Shown here in pieces: positions 27,123 to 36,652 of a DNA stretch of 64,000 nt. The notes beneath the pieces are model-generated. The model searched no databases. It had not been told where the DNA came from and saw nothing but the letters and a program-made list of their open reading frames with translations. Position 1 is the first letter of the stretch. Each line of letters opens with the position of its first letter. Source of the DNA: an uncultured Halobacteriovorax sp. (GTDB lineage Bacteria; Bdellovibrionota; Bacteriovoracia; Bacteriovoracales; Bacteriovoracaceae); NCBI GenBank assembly GCA_963972815.1, contig CAXAXS010000007.1:11675-75674 (forward strand), written 5' to 3'. The translations under genes were made by a program, and so were the position numbers.

Positions 27123-27857
27123 ATGCGCGTTGTTCTTGGACTTCTATTCATTTCGATCCTTGCCGGATGTGGCCCTCTTGAAAAAGAGAGCGTGAAACCT
27201 ATAGCCGAAGTTCAGACGCTGGCAGATGCGCTTGGCTCCGGCAATGCCCCATCGATCGACCTGACCTTCAAATTTGAAGACATAAACGTGAAGCCACCAG
27301 TGCGACGTATTCCTATTCCGTTGCTGGGTACAATTGTAAGTGAAATCGGCAATGCTTTTGCTGAAGTTTTCATTCAGCTCAATCGCGACTGGGACGTGAA
27401 GCAAGAGCCGCTAATTCTCGATCTTCCTCCAATTGATGCAGACACTTTAAGAGCACTTGAAATTAAGAGCCTAGAACTAAAAATCGTTCCTGGGAGCGTT
27501 GTTAGATCAAGAAATCCCCTCGTTAATCTGTGGCAAACCATTACCTTCAAAAAAGCCAATCTTAACTTTCTTAGCCGAATGACCATCTTTGTAGCTAATG
27601 AAAAAATGTATGAGGCTGGAGAGTGGTCAAGGATTGCTCGCTACAGAGAGAGCGAGCAAGTCCTTTCGTGTGAGGGGAAATGCCTAACATTTGATACCAA
27701 GCTTGAAAAAGGCGAACGGCTCAACCTATCAAAGCTTCTATCCAAGGGCGGTTTAATCTATATCCGCCCCGACGTTGAAGTTAAATCAACTCCTAAGAGA
27801 AACTTCAATCTTGCCGGGGAAATCAAGATAAAGGTGACCCTTTCACCAATTTTTTAA
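27123..27857 (+). CDS. hypothetical lipoprotein
   Basis: The ATG at 27123 follows GGGGGA (the ORF track starts at a GTG at 27105). Lipobox ILAGC-GP. No family recognised. Confidence 0.55.
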   Translation: MRVVLGLLFISILAGCGPLEKESVKPIAEVQTLADALGSGNAPSIDLTFKFEDINVKPPVRRIPIPLLGTIVSEIGNAFAEVFIQLNRDWDVKQEPLILDLPPIDADTLRALEIKSLELKIVPGSVVRSRNPLVNLWQTITFKKANLNFLSRMTIFVANEKMYEAGEWSRIARYRESEQVLSCEGKCLTFDTKLEKGERLNLSKLLSKGGLIYIRPDVEVKSTPKRNFNLAGEIKIKVTLSPIF

Positions 27858-28240
27858 CCCACTAATTGCAGTCCAAGTTGATGTCGCTCAATCGCTTTAA
27901 TCGTTGCCACAAAAAGCAACTCAGCAATGCTATTTTTGGCTAGAACACAATCACATAGTGATGAATATCTCTCGAGAAATCCCCTATCTTCTGTCGCACT
28001 AACTACCACGAGCGGAAACTTATTCACTAAGCTTTGGCAGTACTGAGGGGAGCCAAAATAAGGAGAAGAGAGATCAGCTACAACAGCGTCAAACTTAGGT
28101 CCACTGTTGAGGTGAAAGTGAGCCTGATCAGGGTCAGAGGCACATATCACTTCTACGCCTTGATTTGAGAAAATAGATGATGCTAACTCTAGGAAGCGAA
28201 AGTCATTGTCCACGACCAGCACACGTGCCACAGGATTCAT
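27854..28240 (-). CDS. stand-alone response-regulator receiver domain protein
   Basis: 128 aa. VLVVDND acidic pocket, candidate phospho-acceptor in AVVADLS, and VVVSAT / AK positions in the CheY-like order. No output domain. Confidence 0.6.
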   Translation of the reverse strand: MNPVARVLVVDNDFRFLELASSIFSNQGVEVICASDPDQAHFHLNSGPKFDAVVADLSSPYFGSPQYCQSLVNKFPLVVVSATEDRGFLERYSSLCDCVLAKNSIAELLFVATIKAIERHQLGLQLVG

Positions 28241-28400
28241 AAGTCCTCCAGGATCTCTTTGCGATAACTAAGCTTACGAAGCATCCGCGAAATATCCTAA
28301 AGAAACCGACATTAAACAGATTTTCAGTGGGTTAATATCATTGAGGTGTGGCCATAAACCGTAAATATTGGGCACCTTGCAAAAAAATGCGGCGTTTTTA

Positions 28401-28583
28401 CTAGTCGTTGTCTTTCAAAACGCGAAAATCGGCTTCAAAAACATCGCCTTTAGGAGTGGGCTTAGACCTGGAAGTGGATTGACTAGATTTGACCTTGGCA
28501 TGGGCATAATTGCTCCAGAGCCGACGAATCAGGCTCCAAACAAAGTAGATAAAAATAGCGCGTAAAATCAACGTAACAATCAT
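28401..28583 (-). CDS. small membrane protein (about 60 aa, DUF4834-like)
   Basis: One N-terminal TM helix (IVTLILRAIFIYFVWSLI), a basic linker, and an acidic C-terminus GDVFEADFRVLKDND that resembles my recollection of DUF4834. The opposite-strand ORF 28368..28565 looks non-coding. Confidence 0.4.
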   Translation of the reverse strand: MIVTLILRAIFIYFVWSLIRRLWSNYAHAKVKSSQSTSRSKPTPKGDVFEADFRVLKDND

Positions 28584-28679
28584 GCTCAAAACATACTCTT
28601 AAGCATTCTAGAGGTCAAAGCTCACTAGCCGAATGGGATTCCAACATGTTAGATTTATGAAAACTCTCTAGGTGAAAAT

Positions 28680-30245
28680 ATGAGCGCAAATATCCATTGG
28701 GCCGACATCACGGCTGACCGTATTATCAAGCAACTGGGCGAAAAAGACGTCTACACTCTCGCCAGTGGAATTACACCTTCAGGTGTTGTTCACTTTGGTA
28801 ACTTCAGAGAAGTCATTACGGTTGATCTGGTCGCAAGAGGTCTTCGCGCCAAAGGCAAGAAAGTTCGCTTTATATTTTCATGGGATGACTACGATACCTT
28901 CAGAAAAGTTCCGGCCAATATGCCAAAGCAAGATGAGCTAGCAAAATATATGTTCCAGCCTATCGTCGATACACCAGATCCATTTGGTGAACACGAATCA
29001 TACGCTGCCCATCATGAGAGGTCTTTTGAAGCGCAGCTTGAAAAAGTTGGAATTGAAGTTGAGCCTTTGTATCAAGCCGTAAAGTACCGCGCAGGTGAAT
29101 ACAGAAAAGGAATTAGAACGACGCTTGAAAAAAGAGATGAGATTGCGGCGATCCTCAATGAGCATAGAACAAGTCCACTTGGTGAAGACTGGATGCCCGT
29201 TAGTGTTTACTGTGAAAAATGTAATACAGATCACGAGATTAAAAATATTAAGTGGGACGGCAAGAGCGCACTCTCTTATGAATGCAATAATTGCCAAAAC
29301 AAAGGTCAGCTCGACCTTGAAACAACTGAGCGAGTAAAACTTCCTTGGCGAATGGACTGGCCGATGCGCTGGGCGCACGAGCAAGTTGATTTTGAGCCAG
29401 GGGGTAAAGACCACTCGTCACAAGGTGGCAGTTATACGACCGCTAAAGAAATCGTGAAGCTATACGATTGGCGCTCACCTATTTATCTACAATATGATTT
29501 CGTGTCGATTAAGGGTGCCGGCGGCAAGATGAGCTCGTCAAAAGGTAATCTCATTACGGTAAATGATATTCTTAAAGTTTATGAACCCGAAATGGTTCGT
29601 TGGATTTTTGCTAGTTATAAAACTAACGTAGATTTTGCCGTTAGTTTTGATCTCGACGTGATTAAAACTTATGAAGATTTTGATCGCCAAGAACGTCAGG
29701 CTTACGGCGTTGAAGCTGCAAATGAAAAGAAAGCAGCGATGGCCAAACGCGTGTATGAACTCTCGCAAATTTCAACAATGCCAAGTGAAATGCCGTTTCA
29801 ACCGGCCTTTAGACACCTCACAAATATTCTACAAATTCACGATGGTGATATTAAGGCCGCAAGATCTTTTTATGACAGCGATATAAAAAATGAACGAGAC
29901 GAGAGAAGATTTAATGAGCGAGCCGCTTGTGCCAAGCACTGGCTTGAGAATTACGCACCAGAAGATTTTAAATTCAGTGTAAATAGCTCAAATATCAATT
30001 ACGAGTGTGAAAGTAACACAAAGAGTTTTCTTACAGCATTCAAGCAAGTACTTGAGAAAGACTGGGCTTCATTTGACGACAAATCTCTACATGAAAAGAT
30101 GTATGAAGTTATTCATGAGCATGAAGTTGAGCCACCTGTTGCATTTAAGGCACTTTATCAAAGTCTTATTTCACAAGACCGTGGACCTAAGCTCGCAAGC
30201 TTTATCTTGACCGTCGGAAAAGACAGAGTGATTCAACTTCTTTGA
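28680..30245 (+). CDS. lysK: lysyl-tRNA synthetase, class I
   Basis: 521 aa. SGITPSGVVHFGNFRE (HIGH-type motif of class I LysRS) and KMSSSKGN (KMSKS motif). Confidence 0.9.
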   Translation: MSANIHWADITADRIIKQLGEKDVYTLASGITPSGVVHFGNFREVITVDLVARGLRAKGKKVRFIFSWDDYDTFRKVPANMPKQDELAKYMFQPIVDTPDPFGEHESYAAHHERSFEAQLEKVGIEVEPLYQAVKYRAGEYRKGIRTTLEKRDEIAAILNEHRTSPLGEDWMPVSVYCEKCNTDHEIKNIKWDGKSALSYECNNCQNKGQLDLETTERVKLPWRMDWPMRWAHEQVDFEPGGKDHSSQGGSYTTAKEIVKLYDWRSPIYLQYDFVSIKGAGGKMSSSKGNLITVNDILKVYEPEMVRWIFASYKTNVDFAVSFDLDVIKTYEDFDRQERQAYGVEAANEKKAAMAKRVYELSQISTMPSEMPFQPAFRHLTNILQIHDGDIKAARSFYDSDIKNERDERRFNERAACAKHWLENYAPEDFKFSVNSSNINYECESNTKSFLTAFKQVLEKDWASFDDKSLHEKMYEVIHEHEVEPPVAFKALYQSLISQDRGPKLASFILTVGKDRVIQLL

Positions 30246-30300
30246 AACATTTATGTCTAATCGTTAGACATAAGTGGTATGAGTTCATACTATAATTGTA

Positions 30301-32526
30301 ATGAATACTAATACGTCTCCAGAGCAATTAAAAAAAAACAAGCCTGCAAAACCAATAAACTTGCACGGTGCTCATTGGTTCATTATCGTCCTCTCTCTTA
30401 TTGCAACATTGGGTGCATGGCACATTGCTAAGCAAGAGTCTGACGAAAAAGTGAAACTACAGTTCGATCGCGAAAGCACTCAGGTTGTCGAACTCATCAT
30501 CGAACGACTACGAAAATATGAGGATGCACTTTGGGGTGGCGTCGCTCTTTACAAGAGTCTCGATGGGCATGTCTCTCCTGAACAGTGGAGAAAATATACG
30601 GACTCACTCGACATCGCCAGCAAGTATAAAGGAATCAATGGCCTCGGAGTTATCAAGCCCATTGACAAAAGTGAAGTTGCACGCTTAACAAAATCACTCA
30701 AAAAGATAAATCCCGATTTTCATATTTATCCAAAACATTCAAACGGATCTCTTCTTCCCATCATTTATATCGAGCCATTAGAACAAAATATTAAGGCTCA
30801 CGGCCTTGATATGGCCCACGAGCAAAACCGCTTCACTGCTGCAATGAAAGCTCGAGATTCTGGTAAAGCTCAAATCACCGGACCAATTGTACTAGTACAA
30901 GATTCAGAGCGTACTCCCGGCTTTTTATTTTATGCTCCTTTTTATAAAGGTGAAGTTAGTGCTTCAGCCAGTAAGGCCAATAGTTTTGCCGGATTAGTCT
31001 ATGCACCATTCGTGGTAAAACGACTTATGGCCGGAGTTCTTGAAAGAGACAAAAGGCATGTCTCGTTAAACATTATGGATGCTGGCGAGACAATTTATCA
31101 GGAGCCAGTTTATGAGGGTGAAAAACTCTCTCTGAAAAAAACGATCGATCTTTATGGACGGCAATGGAGTTTTGAAGTTCATAGCGATGCCAGTTTTCTT
31201 TCAGTCGTTGAAGACAGTCAGCCTTACTTAATTCTTGTTGGTGGTATCATTATTGATATCCTTTTATTTTTTATTTTCTTAACACTCTCTCGCTCGAGCA
31301 AACGAAATGAGGAACTCGCTATCGAGATTGAGGAAAAGTACAAAAGTGAAATTGCGACGAGACGAGAAGCCGAACAAAAGGCGGAACACGCCAACAAGGC
31401 TAAAAGTCAGTTCCTAGCAAATATGTCTCACGAAATCAGAACACCGATGAATGGCATTCTAGGTCTCACCGATATTCTAGTTGATGACAAAACCTTTTCG
31501 CCACAAAATAGAGAACTGCTCGAGATGATTCAAGAGTCCGGCAATATTTTGATGGGAATTATTAATGATGTTCTAGATTTTTCCAAAATTGAATCTGAAC
31601 ATCTAGAGCTATTCCGGGAAAGAATTGATCTCACTCGCTGTATTGAATCTTGTATCTATATACTAGATTCAAAAGCCTCTATTAATAATGTCTCTATCTC
31701 TTATGAAATTACTCCTACTGAGAATCATTATATTTTCAGCGACCAGCTTCGTATCAAGCAGATTATCATCAACCTTCTCTCAAACGCAGTGAAGTTCACA
31801 CGAGATGGACAAGTCAAAATATTAGTTGAAAGAGAGCAAAAAAGTGGCAACCGTTACTTATACTCCATCAGTATTATAGACACAGGAATAGGCATCTCTG
31901 AAAAAAATATTGAGAAGCTCTTCACTCCTTTCATGCAAGGCAACTCTAATACAACCACTGAATATGGTGGGACTGGCCTAGGCCTCTCTATCAGTAAATC
32001 TCTAGCTGAAGCATTAGGTGGAGACATTGTTGTTAAATCTAAAATTGGAACCGGCTCGACCTTTATCTTTAGCTTTATGACTGACTTGATTGATACTAAA
32101 GTTGATGCCAATCATCATGAAACCTCAAGTAAAGAACAGATCAGAGCTAAAAGCTCAAACTGTCGAGTGCTGGTGGCCGAGGACAACATCATCAATCAAA
32201 AAATGATTTCTGAAATTTTAAAACGACTAGGGGTCATATTCAAAGTCGTCAAAAATGGCGAAGACTGCTTCAACGAGATTTTAGACGCTAAAGTTAAGTA
32301 CGATATCGTGTTTATGGACGTCAGAATGCCAGTCATGGATGGACTTGAAGCAACTTCAAAGATTAAATCAAATATTGATGAATCTAAACTTCCCAAGATC
32401 GTTGGGCTCACGGCCAATGCTACAGTTGAGGACAAAGAGGCGTGCTTTGCTGCGGGAATGGACGACTATATCGCTAAGCCAGCAAAGATGAAGGACATTG
32501 AAGCCGTCATTCATAAATATTGCTAG
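30301..32526 (+). CDS. hybrid sensor histidine kinase with periplasmic CHASE-like domain and C-terminal receiver
   Basis: 741 aa. TM1 ([15 protein letters not shown]), a ~270-aa extracytoplasmic domain, then TM2. H-box [14 protein letters not shown]-box [11 protein letters not shown]1 DTGIGI, G2 GGTGLGLSI. Receiver: VLVAEDN ... [11 protein letters not shown] ... KP. Confidence 0.85.
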   Translation: MNTNTSPEQLKKNKPAKPINLHGAHWFIIVLSLIATLGAWHIAKQESDEKVKLQFDRESTQVVELIIERLRKYEDALWGGVALYKSLDGHVSPEQWRKYTDSLDIASKYKGINGLGVIKPIDKSEVARLTKSLKKINPDFHIYPKHSNGSLLPIIYIEPLEQNIKAHGLDMAHEQNRFTAAMKARDSGKAQITGPIVLVQDSERTPGFLFYAPFYKGEVSASASKANSFAGLVYAPFVVKRLMAGVLERDKRHVSLNIMDAGETIYQEPVYEGEKLSLKKTIDLYGRQWSFEVHSDASFLSVVEDSQPYLILVGGIIIDILLFFIFLTLSRSSKRNEELAIEIEEKYKSEIATRREAEQKAEHANKAKSQFLANMSHEIRTPMNGILGLTDILVDDKTFSPQNRELLEMIQESGNILMGIINDVLDFSKIESEHLELFRERIDLTRCIESCIYILDSKASINNVSISYEITPTENHYIFSDQLRIKQIIINLLSNAVKFTRDGQVKILVEREQKSGNRYLYSISIIDTGIGISEKNIEKLFTPFMQGNSNTTTEYGGTGLGLSISKSLAEALGGDIVVKSKIGTGSTFIFSFMTDLIDTKVDANHHETSSKEQIRAKSSNCRVLVAEDNIINQKMISEILKRLGVIFKVVKNGEDCFNEILDAKVKYDIVFMDVRMPVMDGLEATSKIKSNIDESKLPKIVGLTANATVEDKEACFAAGMDDYIAKPAKMKDIEAVIHKYC

Positions 32527-32682
32527 TCTCATTTTGACCCCATTTCCCTCTCAAGCTTCCTAGATTTTGCATAAAATTCTTACAATCAAGGCTTTGGTAA
32601 GTATTAATTACCTGCTCTTCTTGGCGCATTGTGAAGAAATTTATATCAATAACTTATAAGTTTTAACTGGAAGGGAGAGTCC

Positions 32683-33306
32683 ATGAAATTACTAATTGCG
32701 CTGACAATGATGTTGTCAGCATCATTTGCTGCGAATGCTTACACTTGTAATGTTGATATGACTGACGGTTATAGAACTGTCGGCACCTATAGAGGCTCTG
32801 GCTACAACCGTGCCGATGCCTGTAGAGATGCACTTCGCGATTGCAACAGAGACCGTGTCTCAAGCCCAAGAAATCAAAGATACCGCTGTGAAACTCGTGA
32901 CTCTGGTCCAGGCAACCCAAATCCTGGCTATGAATTTTGTACTTACACACTAAAAGATCGTTATGGTTATAGCCTTCGTTCATTCCAAGCTTCATCATAC
33001 TACCGCTCAGAAGCTTGTTACGACGCCAGTCGTCAATGTGACTCAGAGCGCAATTATCGTGCTTCTCGTGGCGAGTATGGCTTAAGCTGTAGCGAGGACT
33101 ATTTCGGTGGCAATAACCCTCCACACCAGACTTCAGCTAGCTGTTCAGCTGAACTTGTCGATCGTTATGGATATAGAATTTCAACAATCACTGAAGTGGC
33201 CTATGGCAGAAGCTATAGTGATGCTCAAAGCCAAGCTTGTGCCGAAGCGCTCAAGTCTTGTCGCTCAAGAGCAAGTTATAATCAGAGTTGCAGAAGTCTT
33301 CGCTAG
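32683..33306 (+). CDS. secreted Cys-rich protein with three tandem 4-Cys repeats
   Basis: 207 aa. Signal peptide MKLLIALTMMLSASFAANA. Cys at 22/47/54/69, 86/112/119/136 and 154/186/193/203, with a conserved A-C-x2-A-x3-C core in each copy. SD ggaagggagag upstream and a terminator downstream. Confidence 0.7.
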   Translation: MKLLIALTMMLSASFAANAYTCNVDMTDGYRTVGTYRGSGYNRADACRDALRDCNRDRVSSPRNQRYRCETRDSGPGNPNPGYEFCTYTLKDRYGYSLRSFQASSYYRSEACYDASRQCDSERNYRASRGEYGLSCSEDYFGGNNPPHQTSASCSAELVDRYGYRISTITEVAYGRSYSDAQSQACAEALKSCRSRASYNQSCRSLR

Positions 33307-33336
33307 TTGCTGAAGCCTAATCGACATACTTAATTA

Positions 33337-33363
33337 GGGAGTCCTTTTGGGCTCCCTTTTTTT
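33337..33363 (+). terminator. rho-independent terminator
   Basis: 8-bp stem gggagtcc / gggctccc (one G-U pair) with loop tttt, followed by ttttttt. Begins 31 nt after the stop at 33306. Confidence 0.75.
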
Positions 33364-33425
33364 GTCCGCTTTAGTCAAGATTCTATCTATGTTAAGATTT
33401 TTGAAATTAAACTAAGTGGATATCT

Positions 33426-34790
33426 ATGGAAGAATCAAACTTTTCAACTCGCCGAGCTAGTCTATGCCAACTCTTACCTGAAACGGCTATTATCGTCTCA
33501 GCGGCAACTCATCATATAAGAAGTCACGATAGTGAATTTCCTTTCCACCAAAATACTCACTTTAAGTATTTAACAGGTTTTAGAGAACCGGAATCGCTAC
33601 TCGTTATTACACAAAAACCTGATGAAGGTATGAAGACACATTTCTTTGTTCGTCCAAAAGATGATCACGCCGAGATGTGGGCCGGCAAACGCATGGGCAT
33701 CGACCACACAAAGGACGTCTTTGGTTTTGATGAAGTCTACGATATTGCAAAAGCCTGGGAGCTTATGCCTACCCTACTTTGGAATCATAAAAAAGTTGCT
33801 GTCGATTGGAGTGAACAACCTCTTATTCGTGATCAGGCGTTAAAAGTGATGACTACTATGGCCTCGATGCGAAAGCGTAAGATGCATAGACCCATGAGCT
33901 TAATTGATCTTGCCCCAGCAATTGGTAGGGTTAGACTAGTCAAGGAAGCTAATGAAATCGCCTCAATGAGAAAAGCGGCACAAATTAGTAATCTAGGTCA
34001 TAGAGCTGCCATGGCCATGGCAACGCCGGGAAAAACAGAAGCTGATGTTCGACATTTCATGGAATATATTTTCAGAAAACACGGCTCCGAAGATAATGCT
34101 TATGAAAGTATTGTGGCCGGCGGTAGAAATGCTCTCACCCTACACTACGTTGAAAATAATGCAGTATTAAATGACAAAGAACTTCTACTGATCGATGCAG
34201 GCTCGCAGTTCAATGGTTATGCCAGCGATATCACCAGAACCTTTCCCATCAATGGAAAATACACTCCGGCCCAAAAAGAAGTTTACGAGATCGTACTCAC
34301 TGCTCAGAAAGTTGCCATTGGCATGGCGAAGCCCGGCGTTTCAATTTCACAAATTCATTCTGAAGTCGAAAAGGTCTTGGCCAAGGCCATGATAGACGCA
34401 GGACTCATCACGACAAAAACTCAGATGTCTAAAGAGTCATTAGAAGAACTACTTCTTAACAAAGAAGGCTCTTATGCTATTAAAAGCTATTACCCACACG
34501 GTACTTCCCATTGGCTAGGACTTGATGTTCACGATATGTCGCCTTACTTGGAAGACGACTTAGAAGATATTAAGTTAGCAGCAGGTATGGTTATTACGGT
34601 TGAACCTGGCCTTTATTTCAATAAACCCCATGAACAGGTCCAATTTAAATTACCTGTAGATGGAATCGGCATTCGCATTGAAGATGATATTCTCATTACA
34701 GATAAAGGTCATGATAATCTTAGTGCCAACGTTCCAAAGGAAGTGGCTGAAGTAGAAGCTGCATGTAAGCTTAACCCTTTGGAGTTTTAA
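33426..34790 (+). CDS. pepP: Xaa-Pro aminopeptidase (M24B)
   Basis: 454 aa. Metal-ligand motifs LIDAG..F.GYASDITRTFP, HGTSHWLGLDVHD, VEPGLY and GIRIEDD. Confidence 0.85.
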   Translation: MEESNFSTRRASLCQLLPETAIIVSAATHHIRSHDSEFPFHQNTHFKYLTGFREPESLLVITQKPDEGMKTHFFVRPKDDHAEMWAGKRMGIDHTKDVFGFDEVYDIAKAWELMPTLLWNHKKVAVDWSEQPLIRDQALKVMTTMASMRKRKMHRPMSLIDLAPAIGRVRLVKEANEIASMRKAAQISNLGHRAAMAMATPGKTEADVRHFMEYIFRKHGSEDNAYESIVAGGRNALTLHYVENNAVLNDKELLLIDAGSQFNGYASDITRTFPINGKYTPAQKEVYEIVLTAQKVAIGMAKPGVSISQIHSEVEKVLAKAMIDAGLITTKTQMSKESLEELLLNKEGSYAIKSYYPHGTSHWLGLDVHDMSPYLEDDLEDIKLAAGMVITVEPGLYFNKPHEQVQFKLPVDGIGIRIEDDILITDKGHDNLSANVPKEVAEVEAACKLNPLEF

Positions 34791-35248
34791 TGTTGCTCTA
34801 TTTACTTTTCTTTATTTCCACGACATTCGCTGAAGATGCTGTCCTCATCAATCAAGAAGACTTCAGTTTTAATCACCCTACTTGTCTGATTAGATTCGAT
34901 AGCAATCAAGAATTTGCGAGCGAGATTGCAAGTAACTTAAAAGAAAAAGGCTTCAAGCTTCAAGATTACCTTCCCGAGGGAAAACTTAATCCTGAAGATA
35001 TGTATTTAAAGTTGATAATCGAGCGAGAAGGCTGGTTTTATAAAGACTGTCTTCTCGATTTGGTTATCTCTCAAGCTAACTCGATTAAACCGTTAAGCAG
35101 TGACTTGAGACTCATGTCGGCCAAAGTGAAGAGGATGTATCCTCGAGTAACCTTCAGTGGCGATGAAAGATGTTCTCGAGGTATTGATGATCTTTTCGTC
35201 AATATTCCGAAGTGTCGCTCTGGCCGTTTACTTAAAAATAAACGTTAA
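34790..35248 (+). CDS. hypothetical secreted protein
   Basis: 152 aa. Signal-like MLLYLLFFISTTFA and 4 Cys. TAATG junction with pepP. Confidence 0.45.
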   Translation: MLLYLLFFISTTFAEDAVLINQEDFSFNHPTCLIRFDSNQEFASEIASNLKEKGFKLQDYLPEGKLNPEDMYLKLIIEREGWFYKDCLLDLVISQANSIKPLSSDLRLMSAKVKRMYPRVTFSGDERCSRGIDDLFVNIPKCRSGRLLKNKR

Positions 35249-35969
35249 AGCTCATCCCCAAAGAAATTAAGTCTTCGTGCATACGATAGGTCGTGCCTGT
35301 GGCAGTTTTGAACTTTGGAGTGTTATTCCACTCATGTCTAAGATGCCTTGCAAATGGACCAATCAACCAACCACTTATGCCACTGTACATAGCACCTAGG
35401 TAGTAGCCCTGCTTATACAAAGTCGAAGTAGAAAAGCCCAAAGGGAAATAGGCTTCATATCTAAAATAGCTCATCCAATTAGACGTCATTTGATAGCTTA
35501 CACCTGGTCTAATTTTCAAAATCCCCATGTCATTAGTGAGGTGGTACTCATACGTCACTCTCGCCTCAGCAGTGATTTTAGGAGAGAGGCTCCATTTCTT
35601 TTGAACTAAAGCTCCAACATTGAATTCTGTTTTATCTTCAACATCGCGCCACTTCCACTGATTATCCTGTGGATCTTTTAGCCAATCCTGGCCGTGATGC
35701 TCGCCCCACGTGTTGGCAATATAAACGCCAGCACTATAATGGTTTGGAAACTTTCTTCTCACGGACAATATTAACTTTTCAAAATTTCCATCGCTATCTG
35801 GTTCCCAGGCTACGTCACCTATATAAGTCCAAGGACCTAGCGTCTTAAAAGCCCTGAAATGAAGCGCTGGTTTTACTGACTTATGATTAGTTGGAACATT
35901 TGATTGGGCAAGAGCAAGGCTTGAAAAGCCCAAAAGGCTAATCAATATCCATTTCAAGTGGTGATGCAT
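35232..35969 (-). CDS. hypothetical outer-membrane beta-barrel-like protein
   Basis: 245 aa. Signal peptide MHHHLKWILISLLGFSSLALA, Tyr/Trp/Gly-rich alternating strands, and a terminal ...MSFNVYF. Strong SD AGAGGAAG lies inside the upstream gene. Confidence 0.55.
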   Translation of the reverse strand: MHHHLKWILISLLGFSSLALAQSNVPTNHKSVKPALHFRAFKTLGPWTYIGDVAWEPDSDGNFEKLILSVRRKFPNHYSAGVYIANTWGEHHGQDWLKDPQDNQWKWRDVEDKTEFNVGALVQKKWSLSPKITAEARVTYEYHLTNDMGILKIRPGVSYQMTSNWMSYFRYEAYFPLGFSTSTLYKQGYYLGAMYSGISGWLIGPFARHLRHEWNNTPKFKTATGTTYRMHEDLISLGMSFNVYF

Positions 35970-36594
35970 AAGCTTCCTCTATAGAGACAGTATTTTTTAA
36001 ATCGCCGAGAGTTGGATCAAATTTCCAATTGAGTTTTCTGGTCCAAGGCAAAGCTTTTGGATCAGAGATAGAAGTTCCGCCCGCCAACTTAATCCCCTCT
36101 CCGGCCTTAACGAGTACTGGCTTTGTAACTTCAGTGCTTGTTACGGCGACGAGTCCTTCGTTCACGCACATCCACACGTCTGAACTTTTTCCGTGAGCAA
36201 CAAAAAATTCTGTACCTCTTACGCCCATGGAAGCAGTCTTAGTTCGTACTGTTGTTTTTTTATTTGGGTTTTTAGGAAAATTGAAAAAGCCTGATCCTTT
36301 AACGATAGAATACATCGTTTCATCATTACTTTGAGAACTCTTAGCCATCTTTGTAATCTCAAGCGAAGAGTTCTCATCGAGTTTAACCACGCTTCCATCG
36401 CTCCCCTTGAGAACGACTAATCCAGACTCTCCAACGTGAACTCTAGAGCCAACCTCAAGTTTACTACCCTTTACGATTTTATTCTTAGTTGCGCTTGGCA
36501 GTTCAAAACGAGCTGGTTCTTTAATATACACAACAGTGTTAGCTAGTATTTGGCCGCAAGTGAAAAGGGATAAAAAGATAAATAGGCTTCTCAT
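35938..36594 (-). CDS. FecR-domain-like secreted protein
   Basis: 218 aa. Signal peptide MRSLFIFLSLFTCGQILA. GSRVHVGESGLVVLKGSDGSVVKLDENSSLEI resembles the FecR beta-sandwich domain. Confidence 0.5.
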   Translation of the reverse strand: MRSLFIFLSLFTCGQILANTVVYIKEPARFELPSATKNKIVKGSKLEVGSRVHVGESGLVVLKGSDGSVVKLDENSSLEITKMAKSSQSNDETMYSIVKGSGFFNFPKNPNKKTTVRTKTASMGVRGTEFFVAHGKSSDVWMCVNEGLVAVTSTEVTKPVLVKAGEGIKLAGGTSISDPKALPWTRKLNWKFDPTLGDLKNTVSIEEAYASPLEMDID

Positions 36595-36652
36595 AGAGTA
36601 CTCACAAAAAATGTTTACAAGTATTCTACAACAATAAAGAGAGGTGACAAGT

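Noticed and set aside
30252-30272. 9-bp hairpin (tatgtctaa/ttagacata) just after the lysK stop
   Set aside because: It is AT-rich with a 3-nt loop and no following T tract. It is too weak to call a terminator and is kept only as a note.
32663-33124. 153-aa minus-strand ORF antisense to the Cys-repeat gene
   Set aside because: The plus-strand frame has an SD, a signal peptide, a regular 3-fold repeat and a terminator. The antisense frame is His/Cys/Arg-rich with no start context.
35961-35969. MHHH start of the barrel-like protein, reminiscent of an affinity tag
   Set aside because: It has only three His codons, followed directly by a native-looking signal peptide and preceded by a native SD. 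There are no vector-like flanks.
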